Of a stretch of DNA of 64,000 nt, positions 62,331 to 64,000 are shown one piece after another. The DNA lies in the NCBI GenBank assembly GCA_964187785.1, contig OZ076421.1, positions 19,282,001 through 19,346,000 of the forward strand, in the 5' to 3' direction. This DNA is from Amphiscolops sp. MND2022. Taxonomy: Eukaryota. The first letter of the stretch is position 1, and every line of letters starts with the position of its first letter. Under the pieces are notes generated by a model. It was not told where the DNA came from. It saw only the letters and a program-made list of their open reading frames with translations, and searched no databases. The position numbers and the translations under genes were made by a program.

Positions 62331-62679
62331 ACTGTCCAGTAGATGTCATGAGGGGTGAAACATAATAAACTTAGGAAAACGTCTGGTTTTTAAGCGCAAG
62401 AAAAGTCCATTTATTGAAGCGTAAGAACAGCACCTGATCATCAACGGAAGCACACCTACAAGGCACGAAGTGCAGGAATGAAGTGAAGCGAGTGAAGCAA
62501 GGCGAGAAATGCTTTACTCATTTCTTTCCGGTCATTTTTTGCCGGACAACTTTCTTACTATGCGAATTTTCTGTATTTTATAGGTTGCCTTGCCCTCCGT
62601 GTGGTTTTTACTGATTACGTATCGCCAAACTATCCACCCTATAAACGAATTTGACTTCATGCTACTACTTTTGGACTTT

Positions 62680-63600
62680 CCGAATGTAAACGCTTCAATT
62701 GTTAGAATTCAATTCACGTCGCGATTGCTCTGGACTACACTATTTGAATGTGATTGATAGATGTTTTTGTCTGTTTTCTCTTGGACGGTTTATTTTGTTC
62801 CGAGTTCACTTGTTCTGCGTTTTGATTGGTTGTCGAATAGTGAACCCTACTACGCATTCAATTCTGCTTTTTCGGCTAATACGGTAACTACATTGTCTTT
62901 CTCGCATTTATCCTCTGGTACTGCTCACCTGCCAGATTTCTTCTGGGGAATCCTGTAAGTTTCACGTAAACGCCAGCAATGTGTTGAACAGCGATGACAA
63001 AGTGTGCTAATCAGTGTAACCACAGTTATATTACAGTTTTATTGAGTCACTATTTTGATGATTCTTAGTTCCGTTTTACTAAAAATTCTAATTCCAAATG
63101 GGCCATGTTTTGGTGTACTTTTGTTCCGTATAAGTAAACAAAGATTTCTCCAATCCACACACTGCTGCAAGAAAATCACGTTCTCACATTGATTAAATCG
63201 TTTAAAGAGATGCTCAGTGTTGTTGTTGTTTTTTAATGTTAAGAAACAATTAAGATCGCTTTAATATCTCCGTTTTCTTGTTTTTGCCATAACGTGATAC
63301 CGAGTCCGGTTTTACTTGCGTCCGTAGGAACCATGTTTTCTTTGCGTAATGCGCTAAACATGGTTTGTCAGTCAGCACTTGGTGCATTTGATTGAAGTCT
63401 TTTTCTTGATCATCTTCTTCAATGGTTTATATCCTTGGTTCATTCTTTTCCAGTACATGTCTGAGTTTACTGATCCTTTCCATAGTTTTCGTGAGAATTT
63501 CGTTACATATTTTATTGCTTCGAGGCTTCTAACATTTTGTATTAAAGAAAATTGAGCAGAAATTAGGAAATCTACAGCATTGCTTTAGGTGAGAACCCTA
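62680..63600 (-). pseudogene. pol: Second family C pol remnant (RNase H region)
   Basis: Diverged direct repeat of about 60040-60560 (shared TAGTGAACC, GGCAATGTGTTGAAC...AAAGTGTGCT, AGTCCGGTTTTACTT). Confidence 0.6.
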
Positions 63601-63719
63601 AATTTTCCGAAATTAAACTTCGGAAATTTTAAAACTTTAGCCGAACCGTTACAAGACTTACAACAAATTTTTTACCGCGTTGTTACACAAAAAAAAGTGA
63701 AGGGAAAATTGACTGCAAT

Positions 63720-64000
63720 TGTCGTAAGCATGGACCGTGGCTTCGTCATTAAGACGTCTTTGGACAAGCTCACTTTTCGAATTATTTCTTACCTTTTCAT
63801 TTTGCAGAACTTCGGCATTTGTTTCCGGTCGCCGGCCGGAACGTTCCATCCTTTCTGTGTCACATGTCCCGATCCGACCATGATGGCATTTTGGATTTGG
63901 GGCAATACCTGACTACTGATGGCATCATTAATTGCCCTCTGATTCTGGACACTGACACTATTCATCATCTCGTCCATCTCCCAAGATATCCTAGAGTTTA
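63720..64000 (-). pseudogene. Gag-like helical ORF fragment ending at a probable LTR terminus
   Basis: MDEMMNSVSVQNQRAINDAISSQVLPQIQNAI..., a frameshift, then ...VHAYD ending TAC GAC A (63720). Homologous to 927-1152. Confidence 0.5.

Noticed and set aside
290-64000. Most of the 60-130-aa ORFs in the supplied track
   Set aside because: They are antisense or off-frame shadows of decayed transposon genes, or are expected by chance in AT-rich DNA.

Overview
AT-rich eukaryotic DNA made almost entirely of nested, decayed mobile elements. I found no intact host gene, rRNA, true tRNA or CRISPR array. The repeat families resemble ones I associate from memory with acoel flatworm assemblies, but that is recollection, not a search. 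From left to right: (1) the 3' end of a small orphan ORF, an ORF-bearing LTR end, and a 5' LTR with a tRNA-Lys-like PBS. (2) Three tRNA-derived Pol III promoter units and a BEL/Pao integrase remnant. (3) A roughly 10-kb imperfect head-to-head palindrome of two dead Polinton/Maverick-type protein-primed PolB copies around a centre with repeats and CArG boxes. (4) A plus-strand Ty3/Gypsy element (gag-pro-RT-RH-IN) whose 3' extension has macrodomain-like sequence. (5) An unclassified repeat with hairpin minisatellites, and a cassette of three ORFs joined by overlapping stop/start codons. (6) A pol-less LTR derivative of the same Gypsy family. (7) A large minus-strand Ty3/Gypsy element carrying a decayed ~860-codon envelope gene that resembles chuvirus-type class III fusion glycoproteins, plus two further unknown ORFs; this is the most interesting feature. 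(8) Further Gypsy pol remnants. All alignments were made by eye, boundaries are approximate (tens of bp), and family assignments rest on recognised motifs, not database hits.
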